The position numbers and the translations under genes are program-made. Shown one piece after another: positions 51,801 through 64,000 of a stretch of DNA of 64,000 nt. Origin of the DNA: Balanoglossus misakiensis (taxonomy: Eukaryota > Animalia > Hemichordata); assembly GCA_040954595.2 (NCBI GenBank), contig CM082588.2, positions 10,214,844 to 10,278,843 of the forward strand. The letters run 5' to 3'. The notes under the pieces were generated by a model, which searched no databases, was not told the DNA's origin, and worked only from the letters and a program-made list of their open reading frames with translations. Position 1 is the first letter of the stretch, and each line of letters begins with the position of its first letter.

Positions 51801-54800
51801 GGGGTAAAAATCATCAAAAAATGACAAATTTTCGTCTTTGCTAAATCTCAAAATTTCGTCGGTTTTTGAAAAATAATATGGGTGAAAATCATCAAAAAAT
51901 GACAAATTTTCGACTTTGCAAAATGTCAACATTTCGTCGATTTTTGAAAAAAATCATGGGTGAAAATCATCAAAAAATGACAAATTTTCGACTTTGCAAA
52001 ATCTCAAAATTTCGTCCATTTTAAAAAAAAAACATGGGGGAAAATCATCAAAAAATGAGAAAATTTTCGACTTTGCAAAATCTCAAAATTTCGTCGATTT
52101 TGAAAAAAATCATAGGTTCGTCGATTTAAAAAAAAAAACATGGGTGAAAATCATCAAAAAATGACAAATTTTCGACTTTGCAAAATCTCACAATTTCGTC
52201 GATTTTTGAAAAAAATCATGGGAGAAAATCATCAAAAAATGACAAATTTTCGACTTTGCAAAATCTCAACATTTCGTCGATTTTTGAAAAAAATCATGGG
52301 TGAAAATCATCAAAAAATGACAAATTTTCAACTTTGCAAAATCTCACAATTTCGTCGATTTGTGAAAAAAATCATGGGTGAAAATCATCAAAAAATTACA
52401 AATTTTCGACTTTGCAAAATCTCAACATTTCGTCAATTTTTGAAAAAAATCATGGGTGAAAATCATCAAAAAATGACAAATTTTCGTCTTTGCAAAATCT
52501 CAAAATTTCGTCAGTTTTTGAAAAATAATATGGTTGAAAATCATCAAAAAATGACAAAATTATCGACTTTGCAAAATCTCACAATTTCGTCGATTTTTGA
52601 AAAAAAATCATGGGTGAAAATCATCAAAAAATTACAAATTTTCGACTTTGCAAAATCTCAACATTTCGTCGATTTTTGAAAAAAATCATGGGTGAAAATC
52701 ATCAAAAAATGACAAATTTTCGACTTTGCAAAATCTCAAAATTTCGTCCATTTTAAAAAAAAAACATGGGGGAAAATCATCAAAAAATGAGAATATTTTC
52801 GACTTTGCAAAATCTCAAAATTTCGTCGATTTTGAAAAAAATCATAGGTTCGTCGATTTAAAAAAAAAACATGGGTGAAAATCATCAAAAAATGACAAAT
52901 TTTCGACTTTGCAAAATCTCACAATTTCGTCGATTTTTGAAAAAAATCATGGGAGAAAATCATCAAAAAATGACAAATTTTCGACTTTGCAAAATCTCAA
53001 CATTTCGTCGATTTTTGAAAAAAATCATGGGTGAAAATCATCAAAAAATGACAAATTTTCGACTTTGCAAAATCTCAAAATTTCGTCGATTTTTGAAAAA
53101 AAATCATGGGTGTAAATCATCAAAAAATGACAAATTTTCGTCTTTGCAAAATCTCAAAATTTCGTCCATTTTTGAATAAAAATCATGGGTGAAAATCATC
53201 AAAAAATGACACATTTTCGACTTTGCAAAATCTAAAAATTTCGTCGATTTTTGAAAAAAATCATGGTTGAAAATCATCAAAAAATGACAAAATTTTCGAC
53301 TTTGTAAAATCACAAAATTTCGTCGATTTTGAAAAAAATCATAGGTTCGTCGATTTCTAAAAAAAAACATTGGTGAAAATCATCAAAAAATGACAAATTT
53401 TCGACTTTGCAAAATCTCAAAATTTCGTCGATTTTTGAAAAAAATCATGGGTGAAAATCATCAAAAAATGACAAATTTTCGACTTCGCAAAATCTCAAAA
53501 TTTCGTCAATTTTTGAAAAAATCAGGGGTAAAAATCATCAAAAAATGACAAATTTTCGTCTTTGCTAAATCTCAATATTTCGTCGGTTTTTGAAAAATAA
53601 TATGGGTGAAAATCATCAAAAAATGACAAATTTTCGACTTTGCAAAATCTCAACATTTCGTCGATTTTTGAAAAAAATCATGGGTGAAAATCATCAAAAA
53701 ATGACAAATTTTCGACTTTGCAAAATCTCAAAATTTCGTCCATTTTAAAAAAAAAACGGGGGAAAATCATCAAAAAATGACAAATTTTCGACTTTGCAAA
53801 ATCTCAAAATTTCGTCGATTTTTGAAAAAAATCATGGGTGAAAATCATCAAAAAATGACAAATTTTCGACTTCGCAAAATCTCAAAATTTCGTCAATTTT
53901 TGAAAAAATCAGGGGTAAAAATCATCAAAAAATGACAAATTTTCGTCTTTGCTAAATCTCAAAATTTCGTCGGTTTTTGAAAAATAATATGGGTGAAAAT
54001 CATCAAAAAATGACAAATTTTCGACTTTGCAAAATCTCAACATTTCGTCGATTTTTGAAAAAAATCATGGGTGAAAATCATCAAAAAATGACAAATTTTC
54101 GACTTTGCAAAATCTCAAAATTTCGTCCATTTAAAAAAAAAACATGGGGGAAAATCATCAAAAAATGAGAAAATTTTCGACTTTGCAAAATCTCAAAATT
54201 TCGTCGATTTTGAAAAAAATCATAGGTTCGTCGATTTAAAAAAAAAAACATGGGTGAAAATCATCAAAAAATGACAAATTTTCGACTTTGCAAAATCTCA
54301 CAATTTCGTCGATTTTTGAAAAAAATCATGGGAGAAAATCATCAAAAAATGACAAATTTTCGACTTTGCAAAATCTCAACATTTCGTCGATTTTTGAAAA
54401 AAATCATGGGTGAAAATCATCAAAAAATGACAAATTTTCGACTTTGCAAAATCTCACAATTTCGTCGATTTGTGAAAAAAATCATGGGTGAAAATCATCA
54501 AAAAATTACAAATTTTCGACTTTGCAAAATCTCAACATTTCGTCAATTTTTGAAAAAAATCATGGGTGAAAATCATCAAAAAATGACAAATTTTCGTCTT
54601 TGCAAAATCTCAAAATTTCGTCAGTTTTTGAAAAATAATATGGTTGAAAATCATCAAAAAATGACAAAATTATCGACTTTGCAAAATCTCACAATTTCGT
54701 CGATTTTTGAAAAAAAATCATGGGTGAAAATCATCAAAAAATTACAAATTTTCGACTTTGCAAAATCTCAACATTTCGTCGATTTTTGAAAAAAATCATG

Positions 54801-57800
54801 GGTGAAAATCATCAAAAAATGACAAATTTTCGACTTTGCAAAATCTCAAAATTTCGTCCATTTTAAAAAAAAAACATGGGGGAAAATCATCAAAAAATGA
54901 GAATATTTTCGACTTTGCAAAATCTCAAAATTTCGTCGATTTTGAAAAAAATCATAGGTTCGTCGATTTAAAAAAAAAACATGGGTGAAAATCATAAAAA
55001 AATGACAAATTTTCGACTTTGCAAAATCTCACAATTTCGTCGATTTTTGAAAAAAATCATGGGAGAAAATCATCAAAAAATGACAAATTTTCGACTTTGC
55101 AAAATCTCAACATTTCGTCGATTTTTGAAAAAAGTCATGGGTGAAAATCATCAAAAAATGACAAATTTTCGACTTTGCAAAATCTCAAAATTTCGTCGAT
55201 TTTTGAAAAAAAATCATGGGTGTAAATCATCAAAAAATGACAAATTTTCGTCTTTGCAAAATCTCAAAATTTCGTCCATTTTTGAATAAAAATCATGGGT
55301 GAAAATCATCAAAAAATGACACATTTTCGACTTTGCAAAATCTAAAAATTTCGTCGATTTTTGAAAAAAATCATGGTTGAAAATCATCAAAAAATGACAA
55401 AATTTTCGACTTTGTAAAATCACAAAATTTCGTCGATTTTGAAAAAAATCATAGGTTCGTCGATTTCTAAAAAAAAACATTGGTGAAAATCATCAAAAAA
55501 TGACAAATTTTCGACTTTGCAAAATCTCAAAATTTCGTCGATTTTTGAAAAAAATCATGGGTGAAAATCATCAAAAAATGACAAATTTTCGACTTCGCAA
55601 AATCTCAAAATTTCGTCAATTTTTGAAAAAATCAGGGGTAAAAATCATCAAAAAATGACAAATTTTCGTCTTTGCTAAATCTCAATATTTCGTCGGTTTT
55701 TGAAAAATAATATGGGTGAAAATCATCAAAAAATGACAAATTTTCGACTTTGCAAAATCTCAACATTTCGTCGATTTTTGAAAAAAATCATGGGTGAAAA
55801 TCATCAAAAAATGACAAATTTTCGACTTTGCAAAATCTCAAAATTTCGTCCATTTTAAAAAAAAAACATGGGGGAAAATCATCAAAAAATGAGAAAATTT
55901 TCGACTTTGCAAAATCTCAAAATTTCGTCGATTTTGAAAAAAATCATAGGTTCGTCGATTTAAAAAAAAAAACATGGGTGAAAATCATCAAAAAATGACA
56001 AATTTTCGACTTTGCAAAATCTCACAATTTCGTCGATTTTTGAAAAAAATCATGGGAGAAAATCATCAAAAAATGACAAATTTTCGACTTTGCAAAATCT
56101 CAACATTTCGTCGATTTTTGAAAAAAATCATGGGTGAAAATCATCAAAAAATGACAAATTTTCGACTTTGCAAAATCTCACAATTTCGTCGATTTGTGAA
56201 AAAAATCATGGGTGAAAATCATCAAAAAATTACAAATTTTCGACTTTGCAAAATCTCAACATTTCGTCAATTTTTGAAAAAATCATGGGTGAAAATCATC
56301 AAAAAATGACAAATTTTCGTCTTTGCAAAATCTCAAAATTTCGTCGGTTTTTGAAAAATAATATGGTTGAAAATCATCAAAAAATGACAAAATTATCGAC
56401 TTTGCAAAATCTCACAATTTCGTCGATTTTTGAAAAAAAATCATGGGTGAAAATCATCAAAAAATGACAAATTTTCGACTTTGCAAAATCTCAAAATTTC
56501 GTCCATTTTAAAAAAAAAACATGGGGGAAAATCATCAAAAAATGAGAAAATTTTCGACTTTGCAAAATCTCAACATTTCGTCGATTTTTGAAAAAAATCA
56601 TGGGTGAAAATCATCAAAAAATTACAAATTTTCGACTTTGCAAAATCTCAACATTTCGTCGATTTTTGAAAAAAATCATGGGTGAAAATCATCAAAAAAT
56701 GACAAATTTTCGACTTTGCAAAATCTCAAAATTTCGTCAATTTTTGAAAAAATCATGGGTGAAAATCATCAAAAAATGACAAATTTTCGTCTTTGCAAAA
56801 TCTCAAAATTTCGTCAGTTTTTGAAAAATAATATGGTTGAAAATCATCAAAAAATGACAAAATTATCGACTTTGCAAAATCTCACAATTTCGTCGATTTT
56901 TGAAAAAAAATCATGGGTGAAAATCATCAAAAAATTACAAATTTTCGACTTTGCAAAATCTCAACATTTCGTCGATTTTTGAAAAAAATCATGGGTGAAA
57001 ATCATCAAAAAATGACAAATTTTCGACTTTGCAAAATCTCAAAATTTCGTCCATTTTAAAAAAAAAACATGGGGGAAAATCATCAAAAAATGAGAATATT
57101 TTCGACTTTGCAAAATCTCAAAATTTCGTCGATTTTGAAAAAAATCATAGGTTCGTCGATTTAAAAAAAAAACATGGGTGAAAATCATCAAAAAATGACA
57201 AATTTTCGACTTTGCAAAATCTAAAAATTTCGTCGATTTTTGAAAAAAATCATGGTTGAAAATCATCAAAAAATGACAAAATTTTCGACTTTGTAAAATC
57301 ACAAAATTTCGTCGATTTTGAAAAAAATCATAGGTTCGTCGATTTCTAAAAAAAAACATTGGTGAAAATCATCAAAAAATGACAAATTTTCGACTTTGCA
57401 AAATCTCAAAATTTCGTCGATTTTTGAAAAAAATCATGGGTGAAAATCATCAAAAAATGACAAATTTTCGACTTCGCAAAATCTCAAAATTTCGTCAATT
57501 TTTGAAAAAATCAGGGGTAAAAATCATCAAAAAATGACAAATTTTCGTCTTTGCTAAATCTCAAAATTTCGTCGGTTTTTGAAAAATAATATGGGTGAAA
57601 ATCATCAAAAAATGACAAATTTTCGACTTTGCAAAATCTCAACATTTCGTCGATTTTTGAAAAAAATCATGGGTGAAAATCATCAAAAAATGACAAATTT
57701 TCGACTTTGCAAAATCTCAAAATTTCGTCCATTTTAAAAAAAAAACATGGGGGAAAATCATCAAAAAATGAGAAAATTTTCGACTTTGCAAAATCTCAAA

Positions 57801-60800
57801 ATTTCGTCGATTTTGAAAAAAATCATAGGTTCGTCGATTTAAAAAAAAAAACATGGGTGAAAATCATCAAAAAATGACAAATTTTCGACTTTGCAAAATC
57901 TCACAATTTCGTCGATTTTTGAAAAAAATCATGGGAGAAAATCATCAAAAAATGACAAATTTTCGACTTTGCAAAATCTCAACATTTCGTCGATTTTTGA
58001 AAAAAATCATGGGTGAAAATCATCAAAAAATGACAAATTTTCGACTTTGCAAAATCTCACAATTTCGTCGATTTTTGAAAAAAATCATGGGTGAAAATCA
58101 TCAAAAAATTACAAATTTTCGACTTTGCAAAATCTCAACATTTCGTCAATTTTTGAAAAAATCATGGGTGAAAATCATCAAAAAATGACAAATTTTCGTC
58201 TTTGCAAAATCTCAAAATTTCGTCGGTTTTTGAAAAATAATATGGTTGAAAATCATCAAAAAATGACAAAATTATCGACTTTGCAAAATCTCACAATTTC
58301 GTCGATTTTTGAAAAAAAATCATGGGTGAAAATCATCAAAAAATGACAAATTTTCGACTTTGCAAAATCTCAAAATTTCGTCCATTTTAAAAAAAAAACA
58401 TGGGGGAAAATCATCAAAAAATGAGAAAATTTTCGACTTTGCAAAATCTCAAAATTTCGTCGATTTTGAAAAAAATCATAGGTTCGTCGATTTAAAAAAA
58501 AAACATGGGTGAAAATCATCAAAAAATGACAAATTTTCGACTTTGCAAAATCTCACAATTTCGTCGATTTTTGAAAAAAATCATTTCGTCGATTTTTGAA
58601 AAAAATCATGGGTGAAAATCATCAAAAAATGACAAATTTTCGACTTTGCAAAATCTCAAAATTTCGTCGATTTTTGAAAAAAAAATCATGGGTGTAAATC
58701 ATCAAAAAATGACAAATTTTCGTCTTTGCAAAATCTCAAAATTTCGTCCATTTTTGAATAAAAATCATGGGTGAAAATCATCAAAAAATGACACATTTTC
58801 GACTTTGCAAAATCTAAAAATTTCGTCGATTTTTGAAAAAAATCATGGTTGAAAATCATCAAAAAATGACAAAATTTTCGACTTTGTAAAATCACAAAAT
58901 TTCGTCGATTTTGAAAAAAATCATAGGTTCGTCGATTTCTAAAAAAAAACATGGGTGAAAATCATCAAAAAATGACAAATTTTCGACTTTGCAAAATCTC
59001 AAAATTTCGTCGATTTTTGAAAAAAATCATGGGTGAAAATCATCAAAAAATGACAAATTTTCGACTTCGCAAAATCTCAAAATTTCGTCAATTTTTGAAA
59101 AAATCAGGGGTAAAAATCATCAAAAAATGACAAATTTTCGTCTTTGCTAAATCTCAAAATTTCGTCGGTTTTTGAAAAATAATATGGGTGAAAATCATCA
59201 AAAAATGACAAATTTTCGACTTTGCAAAATCTCAACATTTCGTCGATTTTTGAAAAAAATCATGGGTGAAAATCATCAAAAAATGACAAATTTTCGACTT
59301 TGCAAAATCTCAAAATTTCGTCCATTTTAAAAAAAAAAACATTGGGGAAAATCATCAAAAAATGAGAAAATTTTCGACTTTGCAAAATCTCAAAATTTCG
59401 TCGATTTTGAAAAATCTCAACATTTCGTCGATTTTTGAAAAAAATCATGGGTGAAAATCATCAAAAAATGACAAATTATCGACTTTGCAAAATCTCACAA
59501 TTTCGTCGATTTTTGAAAAAAATCATGGGTGAAAATCATCAAAAAATTACAAATTTTCGACTTTGCAAAATCTCAACATTTCGTCGATTTTTTAAAAAAA
59601 TCATGGGTGAAAATCATCAAAAAATGACAAATTTTCGACTTTGCAAAATCTCAAAATTTCGTCAATTTTTGAAAAAAATCATGGGTGAAAATCATCAAAA
59701 AATGACAAATTTTCGACCTTTCAAAATCTCAAAATTTCGTCAATTTTTGAAAAAAATCATGGGTGAAAATCATCAAAAAATGACAAATTTTCGACTTTGC
59801 AAAATCTCAACATTTCATCGATTTTTGAAAAAAAATCATGGTTGAAAATCATCAAAAAATGACAACTTTTCGTCTTTGCAAAATCTCAAAATTTCGTCCA
59901 TTTTTGAATAAAAATCATGGGTGAAAATCATCAAAAAATGACACATTTTCGACTTTGCAAAATCTAAAAATTTCGTCGATTTTTGAAAAAAATCATGGGT
60001 GATAATCATCAAAAAATGACAAATTATCGACTTTGCAAAATCTCAAAATTTCGTCGATTTTGAAAAAAACCATTGGGGGAAAATCATCAAAAAATGACAA
60101 ATTATCGACTTTGCAAAATCTCAAAATTTCGTCCATTTTAAAAAAAAAACATGGGGGAAAATCATCAAAAAATGACAAATTTTCGACTTTGCAAAATCTC
60201 AACATTTCATCGATTTTTGAAAAAAATCATGGGTGAAAATCATCAAAAAATGACAAATTTTCGTCTATGCAAAATCTCAAAATTTCGTCGGTTTTTGAAA
60301 AATAATATGGTTGAAAATCATCAAAAAATGACAAAATTATCGACTTTGCAAAATCTCACAATTTCGTCGATTTTTGAAAAAAAATCATGGGTGAAAATCA
60401 TCAAAAAATTACAAATTTTCGACTTTGCAAAATCTCAACATTTCGTCGATTTTTGAAAAAAATCATGGGTGAAAATCATCAAAAAATGACAAATTTTCGA
60501 CTTTGCAAAATCTCAAAATTTCGTCCATTTTAAAAAAAAATCATGGTTGAAAATCATCAAAAAATGACAACTTTTCGTCTTTGCAAAATCTCAAAATTTC
60601 GTCCATTTTTGAATAAAAATCATGGGTGAAAATCATCAAAAAATGACACATTTTCGACTTTGCAAAATCTAAAAATTTCGTCGATTTTTGAAAAAAATCA
60701 TGGGTGATAATCATCAAAAAATGACAAATTATCGACTTTGCAAAATCTCAAAATTTCGTCGATTTTGAAAAAAACCATTGGGGGAAAATCATCAAAAAAT

Positions 60801-63800
60801 GACAAATTATCGACTTTGCAAAATCTCAAAATTTCGTCCATTTTAAAAAAAAAACATGGGGGAAAATCATCAAAAAATGACAAATTTTCGACTTTGCAAA
60901 ATCTCAACATTTCATCGATTTTTGAAAAAAATCATGGGTGAAAATCATCAAAAAATGACAAATTTTCGTCTATGCAAAATCTCAAAATTTCGTCGGTTTT
61001 TGAAAAATAATATGGTTGAAAATCATCAAAAAATGACAAAATTATCGACTTTGCAAAATCTCACAATTTCGTCGATTTTTGAAAAAAAATCATGGGTGAA
61101 AATCATCAAAAAATTACAAATTTTCGACTTTGCAAAATCTCAACATTTCGTCGATTTTTGAAAAAAATCATGGGTGAAAATCATCAAAAAATGACAAATT
61201 TTCGACTTTGCAAAATCTCAAAATTTCGTCCATTTTAAAAAAAAAACATGGGGGAAAATCATCAAAAAATGAGAAAATTTTCGACTTTGCAAAATCTCAA
61301 AATTTCGTCGATTTTGAAAAATCTCAACATTTCGTCGATTTTTGAAAAAAATCATGGGTGAAAATCATCAAAAAATGACAAATTATCGACTTTGCAAAAT
61401 CTCACAATTTCGTCGATTTTTGAAAAAAATCATGGGTGAAAATCATCAAAAAATTACAAATTTTCGACTTTGCAAAATCTCAACATTTCGTCGATTTTTT
61501 AAAAAAATCATGGGTGAAAATCATCAAAAAATGACAAATTTTCGACTTTGCAAAATCTCAAAATTTCGTCAATTTTTGAAAAAAATCATGGGTGAAAATC
61601 ATCAAAAAATGACAAATTTTCGACCTTTCAAAATCTCAAAATTTCGTCAATTTTTGAAAAAAATCATGGGTGAAAATCATCAAAAAATGACAAATTTTCG
61701 ACTTTGCAAAATCTCAACATTTCATCGATTTTTGAAAAAAAATCATGGTTGAAAATCATCAAAAAATGACAACTTTTCGTCTTTGCAAAATCTCAAAATT
61801 TCGTCCATTTTTGAATAAAAATCATGGGTGAAAATCATCAAAAAATGACACATTTTCGACTTTGCAAAATCTAAAAATTTCGTCGATTTTTGAAAAAAAT
61901 CATGGGTGATAATCATCAAAAAATGACAAATTATCGACTTTGCAAAATCTCAAAATTTCGTCGATTTTGAAAAAAACCATTGGGGGAAAATCATCAAAAA
62001 ATGACAAATTATCGACTTTGCAAAATCTCAAAATTTCGTCCATTTTAAAAAAAAAACATGGGGGAAAATCATCAAAAAATGACAAATTTTCGACTTTGCA
62101 AAATCTCAACATTTCATCGATTTTTGAAAAAAATCATGGGTGAAAATCATCAAAAAATGACAAATTTTCGTCTATGCAAAATCTCAAAATTTCGTCGGTT
62201 TTTGAAAAATAATATGGTTGAAAATCATCAAAAAATGACAAAATTATCGACTTTGCAAAATCTCACAATTTCGTCGATTTTTGAAAAAAAATCATGGGTG
62301 AAAATCATCAAAAAATTACAAATTTTCGACTTTGCAAAATCTCAACATTTCGTCGATTTTTGAAAAAAATCATGGGTGAAAATCATCAAAAAATGACAAA
62401 TTTTCGACTTTGCAAAATCTCAAAATTTCGTCCATTTTAAAAAAAAAACATGGGGGAAAATCATCAAAAAATGAGAAAATTTTCGACTTTGCAAAATCTC
62501 AAAATTTCGTCGATTTTGAAAAAAAACATTGGGGGAAAATCATCAAAAAATGACAAATTATCGACTTTGCAAAATCTCACAATTTCGTCGATTTTTGAAA
62601 AAAATCATGGGTGAAAATCATCAAAAAATTACAAATTTTCGACTTTGCAAAATCTCAACATTTCGTCGATTTTTGAAAAAAATCATGGGTGAAAATCATC
62701 AAAAAATTACAAATTTTCGACTTTGCAAAATCTCAACATTTCGTCGATTTTTGAAAAAAATCATGGGTGAAAATCATCAAAAAATGACAAATTTTCGACT
62801 TTGCAAAATCTCAAAATTTCGTCAATTTTTGAAAAAATCATGGGTGAAAATCATCAAAAAATGACAAATTTTCGTCTATGCAAAATCTCAAAATTTCGTC
62901 GGTTTTTGAAAAATAATATGGTTGAAAATCATCAAAAAATGACAAAATTATCGACTTTGCAAAATCTCAACATTTCGTCGATTTTTGAAAAAAATCATGG
63001 GTGAAAATCATCAAAAAATGACAAATTTTCGACTTTGCAAAATCTCAAAATTTCGTCGATTTTGAAAAAAATCATAGGTTCGTCGATTTAAAAAAAAAAA
63101 CATGGGTGAAAATCATCAAAAAATGACAAATTTTCGACTTTGCAAAATCTCACAATTTCGTCGATTTTTGAAAAAAATCATGGGAGAAAATCATCAAAAA
63201 ATGACAAATTTTCGACTTTGCAAAATCTCAACATTTCGTCGATTTTTGAAAAAAATCATGGGTGAAAATCATCAAAAAATGACAAATTTTCGACTTTGCA
63301 AAATCTCAACATTTCGTCGATTTTTGAAAAAAATCATGGGTGAAAATCATCAAAAAATGACAAATTTTCGACTTTGCAAAATCTCAAAATTTCGTCGATT
63401 TTGAAAAAAATCATAGGTTCGTCGTTTTTTTTAAAAAAAAACATGGGTGAAAATCATCAAAAAATGACAAATTTTTGACTTTGCAAAATCTCACAATTTC
63501 GTCGATTTTTGAAAAAAATCATGGGTGAAAATCATCAAAAAATGACAAATTTTCGACTTTGCAAAATCTCAAAATTTCGTCCATTTTAAAAAAAAAACAT
63601 GGGGGAAAATCATCAAAAAATGACAAATTTTCGACTTTGCAAAATCTCAAAATTTCGTCGATTTTGAAAAAAACCATTGGGGGAAAATCATCAAAAAATG
63701 ACAAATTTTCGACTTTGCAAAATCTCAAAATTTCGTCAATTTTTGAAAAAATCATGGGTGAAAATCATCAAAAAATTACAAATTTTCGTCTATGCAAAAT

Positions 63801-64000
63801 CTCAAAATTTCGTCGGTTTTTGAAAAATAATATGGTTGAAAATCATCAAAAAATGACAAAATTATCGACTTTGCAAAATCTCAACATTTCGTCGATTTTT
63901 GAAAAAAATCATGGGTGAAAATCATCAAAAAATGACAAATTTTCGACTTTGCAAAATCTCAAAATTTCGTCGATTTTGAAAAAAATCATAGGTTCGTCGA
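21869..64000 (+). repeat. 42-kb satellite array (runs off the window), A-rich orientation, 78-bp monomer with interspersed ~101-bp variants and higher-order repeats
   Basis: Consensus ATGGGTGAAAATCATCAAAAAATGACAAATTTTCGACTTTGCAAAATCTCAAAATTTCGTCGATTTTTGAAAAAAATC (78 bp, giving the 26-aa period in the ORF track). Confidence 0.99.

Noticed and set aside
15210-64000. Dozens of ORFs such as MGENHQKMTNFRLCKISKFRRFLKKI
   Set aside because: Translations of a 78-bp (multiple of 3) satellite; frames break at variable A-runs, so there is no sign of coding constraint.
21869-64000. CRISPR-like regular repeats
   Set aside because: Head-to-tail monomers with no unique spacers and no cas genes, in a eukaryotic context.

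Overview
Eukaryotic, repeat-rich DNA, probably from a marine invertebrate (inferred from the TE families present). No intact host gene, RNA gene or CRISPR array is supportable. 1-8.6 kb: a decayed Gmr1-type Ty3/Gypsy retrotransposon (Gag CCHC-PR-IN-RT order), split by a 5,474-bp DNA transposon at 1117-6590. That insert has CACT...AGTG ends, a 3-bp ACA TSD and bipartite, spacer-interrupted terminal repeats. It carries two convergent genes: a spliced ~890-aa RAG1/Transib/Chapaev-like DDE transposase (minus strand, two frameshifts) and an intact 216-aa ORF of unknown family (plus strand). This ProtoRAG-like layout with non-RAG hallmarks is the most interesting object in the window. 8.6-15.2 kb: nested non-autonomous elements (AcademH-type, Kolobok-type, TA-MITE, hairpins). 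15.3-64 kb: an AT-rich satellite with 78-bp and ~101-bp units. It is interrupted by a 3.1-kb Academ-type element (AGT TSD), flips orientation at a fold-back palindrome at 21868/21869, and shows layered higher-order repeats.
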